Below, in pieces: positions 60,723-64,000 of a DNA stretch of 64,000 nucleotides. The notes below the pieces were generated by a model that searched no databases, was not told the DNA's origin, and saw nothing but the letters and a program-made list of their open reading frames with translations. Source of the DNA: Minisyncoccota bacterium (GTDB lineage Bacteria; Patescibacteriota; Minisyncoccia; Phycocordibacterales; PALSA-1337); NCBI GenBank assembly GCA_041663145.1, contig JBAZRG010000001.1:254984-318983 (forward strand). The letters are read 5' to 3'. The first letter of the stretch is position 1. Every line of letters starts with the position of its first letter. Made by a program: the position numbers and the translations under genes.

Positions 60723-62145
60723 ATGAAATACTATAAATAACAGGTGCGGTACGAGCCAAAATATAGATCGAATCGTTATCACACGTAATAGTTTGCGGAG
60801 CTACAGGCAAAGAAATATTATTCGACTCCGATTCCGATTCAGATTCCGATCCTGACGCGTCATTTTTGTATATCTGAAATTCTCTGTCATTTTCTCGACT
60901 AGCCAGAAAAAGATGTGACCGATCTCGCACTATTCCATAAACACCACCTCCAATATCCATTGAAACAGGATCTGTGAGTGAATCCAAAGTCGTACTGCCC
61001 CATGAAAATATCTCATGATCGGCTCGAATATTAAATCCACCCGATGTTCGTCCAAAATCCAGACTATCTTCAAAATAAGAAATGACTTTGCCTTCTTGTC
61101 TGGACCAGCCGGACGGAGAAAATACATTTACAATCTCAGGCAAAACCGGATCACTAACATCCATCACCTGCAATTGATCGGGAGCGGCAGTCGCAATATA
61201 TGCTTTATCATTTCGTACGAATATGTCGTTGATTTTGCTGTTGATCTCGACCCCGCCCATCATGTTCAAATTCAGAGGATCACTGACATCAATAATGACA
61301 AATTCTGGACCTTCTCGCTTTTCTGTTCCGAGAAAGATGATGCCATCGTTATAAAAAATACTGCTTGCCATAGCTGGAGTAGCCGTCGCAAATGGCAGTG
61401 GTAGTTTGTACCGATTTTCGAGTTCCATGTTCATAGAATCAGAATGCCCCATCTTTACTACATGAAGACCGAATGCTGTACTTCCTGCCGCGGCGAATAT
61501 CCGATCTTGGACCAGACTCAGAGACACGATACCGGGACCAGTATTTATTGATGACAATAATTCCGGACCATCCGTACCACCCAGACGAAAAATCAAAATA
61601 TCTGGATCTGATGCTATTGCAGAATCGGCAGACACATATGCCACACCACCCCTCACTTCAAAATCAGTAAGTGGCAATAGAGGATCTATGGGTAATAAAT
61701 AAGCAGTAGTCGATAATATCGGATTATTTGGAAAAGATGGATCGTTATCACGCATTAGAGCGATATAAGAGCCTATCGGTCCTTTCGAAGAAAAATCATT
61801 TGAACACATGGGAGTACCGACAAAATCTCCTAAAGAAATATCTAAATCTCGATTTACGGAAACAAAAGGCAAATACTCGCTAGTACTGCCAACATTCGCG
61901 GCGTCAATATTTACGGAAAATATTTTCTCAAAAAGATCGTTACCAAAAGGTCTTATATCTTCCTCGAATGATCCCGCTTCGTAAGCATCAATATATTGAT
62001 TTCGATTCTTAGCATCCAGATATAATCGATGAGAATCGATGATAGCCCCAGTCTGAAGAGATACAAATATCGTACTCAGAACTAAGGCCAAAATTATGTC
62101 CAATAATATAAAGCCGTTATCTTTGTAGGACTTTCGATATGTCAT
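60709..62145 (-). CDS. Prepilin-like protein with LVIVD-type beta-propeller repeats
   Basis: NGFILLDIILAL; FVIIDVSDP, LQVMDVSDP. Confidence 0.7.
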   Translation of the reverse strand: MTYRKSYKDNGFILLDIILALVLSTIFVSLQTGAIIDSHRLYLDAKNRNQYIDAYEAGSFEEDIRPFGNDLFEKIFSVNIDAANVGSTSEYLPFVSVNRDLDISLGDFVGTPMCSNDFSSKGPIGSYIALMRDNDPSFPNNPILSTTAYLLPIDPLLPLTDFEVRGGVAYVSADSAIASDPDILIFRLGGTDGPELLSSINTGPGIVSLSLVQDRIFAAAGSTAFGLHVVKMGHSDSMNMELENRYKLPLPFATATPAMASSIFYNDGIIFLGTEKREGPEFVIIDVSDPLNLNMMGGVEINSKINDIFVRNDKAYIATAAPDQLQVMDVSDPVLPEIVNVFSPSGWSRQEGKVISYFEDSLDFGRTSGGFNIRADHEIFSWGSTTLDSLTDPVSMDIGGGVYGIVRDRSHLFLASRENDREFQIYKNDASGSESESESESNNISLPVAPQTITCDNDSIYILARTAPVIYSISYGDQ

Positions 62146-63175
62146 ATATAGGCATCATTATTGATAAAGCGATCGCTCCGACCATGATTCCCATTCCCGC
62201 CATCATGACCGGTTCGATCAGTGCCGTCAGACGTTTCAAGGAATTTTCGATATCCCGGTCTAGAATGCTCGCGGCACGACCAATCGAAAAACCCAAAGTT
62301 CCGGATGCTTCGCCGGCTACCAATAATGCTCCTATGTATGCGGGTATTTTTTTACCAACGATAATATCACCCAACACAATACCTTGTGATAATAATTCAG
62401 ATTTTGGAACAAAATATGTTCTGATCGGAATGAACGATATCGATGCACTGGTATCTTGATAAGCCTGACCGACTGAAGAGCCCGTTTCGATCAAGGATCC
62501 CATTGATCTCAAAAACACAGTCAAAGCGTAATTGAATATAAGACTGCCGATAATCGGAATACCCAAGAGAAAATGATGGAATATATTTTTGATTTTAATG
62601 AATCTTTTATAATGATAACGAGTAATGAAAAACAAGATAGTAATACCGATCAAAATAAAATGACCCCGTGAGACAATTTCCTCGGAAAAAAACATAACTA
62701 TACGCGTCAGCAGAGGTAAATCCGCATTGAGACTTCGAAGCATCGGTATGATCTGTGGCATGACTCCACGAACGAGGCCGATCATCATAAGTACGGAGAA
62801 AATGCCGATGATGACCGGGTATGTCATGGCAGAGAGACACCTCTTCCATAGCTCATCTTCCCTTTCCAAAAGAGAACGACTGTTACGCAGAGCCGAGACT
62901 AGTTGTCCCGATGATTCACCGTATTTGATAATATCTGACGTAGTCTGATTTAGACCCCGAAATCTGGACAATCCTTCCCATAAGGCAATACCTGATTCGA
63001 CTTCTTGCTTTATTTGAATCAAATCGGATATATGCTTCTTTGGAATTCCACGCTTACACAAATCTAAAGCCCTATCGATAGTCAAACCGGCTCCGATATA
63101 TAATTCCAACCTTTCCAGTAAAAAAATAATATTTCTGCGATTCCATTTTGATTTTCTGACCTTTTTCATTGTCAT
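62117..63175 (-). CDS. Type IV pilus/T2SS platform protein (PilC/GspF family)
   Basis: GESSG.L, AMTYP, GEASG.L, LIEP, IMMPIY. Confidence 0.9.
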   Translation of the reverse strand: MTMKKVRKSKWNRRNIIFLLERLELYIGAGLTIDRALDLCKRGIPKKHISDLIQIKQEVESGIALWEGLSRFRGLNQTTSDIIKYGESSGQLVSALRNSRSLLEREDELWKRCLSAMTYPVIIGIFSVLMMIGLVRGVMPQIIPMLRSLNADLPLLTRIVMFFSEEIVSRGHFILIGITILFFITRYHYKRFIKIKNIFHHFLLGIPIIGSLIFNYALTVFLRSMGSLIETGSSVGQAYQDTSASISFIPIRTYFVPKSELLSQGIVLGDIIVGKKIPAYIGALLVAGEASGTLGFSIGRAASILDRDIENSLKRLTALIEPVMMAGMGIMVGAIALSIMMPIYDISKVLQR

Positions 63176-63180
63176 CTGAA

Positions 63181-64000
63181 TTACGAATTAAAAGAAGAAA
63201 ATAAAACTCGCGACACCTCGACTTTGGTGGTGATACCCCAATTGACTTTTTCCATTCCATCTTCGATGATCGGTCGAAATCCTCGACTGACTACATATCG
63301 CAAACACTCTTCACTCGATGATCTTGATCCTATATGTTGCGACAATCCTGCGTCGACTTCACAGACCTCAGCAATGACAGATCGACCTGAATATCCGCTA
63401 TATCTGCATCTATCGCAACCATCAGTAAAACAACTTTGACATATGGTACGGACCAGACGTTGAGCGATGATGAGCTTGAGTGTCGAAGCCAAGAGATAAT
63501 TGTCGACTCCCATATCTATCAGTCTAGGTATGGCCTCTATGGCGGAATTTGTATGGAGAGTCGACAAAACTAGATGTCCCGTAAGAGCTGTATGAATGAC
63601 AACCTCCGCGGTTTCCCTGTCTCGAATCTCGCCGACCATAATAACGTCCGGATCTTGACGCATGGCAGAACGTAATCCGGCCGCGAATGTTACTCCGTGT
63701 GTGTGCCTAATATGTACCTGACGAACGCCGGCAATCTCGTATTCGATCGGATCTTCCAAAGTGATTATGGATAATGGTTCTCGCGCCTTATCTACAAGAC
63801 AAGTATGAAGTGTGGTTGTTTTTCCTGATCCAGTCGGACCTGTGACTAGGATCAGTCCATGAGGACGTCTCAAAGCAGAATCGATAGATCTAACATGTTC
63901 TGCGGTAAAACCAAGTTTTGTAAAAGAAATATCGGCAGTGATTTTGGCTGGCAATAAACGTATAACGGCATTTTCACCATAATATGTAGGCATAAATGAA
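63181..64000 (-). CDS. GspE/PilB-family secretion ATPase (N-terminus beyond the window)
   Basis: GPTGSGKTTT, EDPIE, RQDPDVIMVGEIRD, TGHLVLSTLH. Confidence 0.93.
   Translation of the reverse strand, partial: SFMPTYYGENAVIRLLPAKITADISFTKLGFTAEHVRSIDSALRRPHGLILVTGPTGSGKTTTLHTCLVDKAREPLSIITLEDPIEYEIAGVRQVHIRHTHGVTFAAGLRSAMRQDPDVIMVGEIRDRETAEVVIHTALTGHLVLSTLHTNSAIEAIPRLIDMGVDNYLLASTLKLIIAQRLVRTICQSCFTDGCDRCRYSGYSGRSVIAEVCEVDAGLSQHIGSRSSSEECLRYVVSRGFRPIIEDGMEKVNWGITTKVEVSRVLFSSFNS

Noticed and set aside
60822-60852. Hexamer repeat encoding SESESE as a phase-variation locus
   Set aside because: Short, imperfect and frame-preserving.

Overview
Bacterial chromosome segment, inferred to come from a Patescibacteria/CPR (Parcubacteria-like) genome: streamlined housekeeping genes, short PheT and RF1, class II RNR, type IV pilus genes, and many apparently leaderless genes. 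TGA is used as a stop. Core genes include gyrB, pheST, tsf, rpsB, prfA, rpmE, eno, gpmA, lepA, murJ, nrdJ, htpX/lemA, groESL, secG, rnj, rplY, lepB, ybeY, ftsA/ftsZ and pilB/pilC. RNA genes are five tRNAs, RNase P RNA and a 6S-like candidate. The unexplained structure is mostly non-coding. (1) An island downstream of tRNA-Gly (about 18.4-21.97 kb) holds three ~82-bp repeats, each fused to a sigma70 promoter that drives a different hypothetical gene. Two of these genes resemble DGR targets. The island is headed by a small GIY-YIG nuclease gene flanked by palindromes. (2) That palindrome family also sits in frame inside pheT and tsf. (3) Several 150-170 bp hairpin elements occur, two of which share loops and have covarying stems. 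(4) An island beside tRNA-Ser is bracketed by solo IS3-like ends. No reverse transcriptase, integrase, transposase or CRISPR array is visible in the window.
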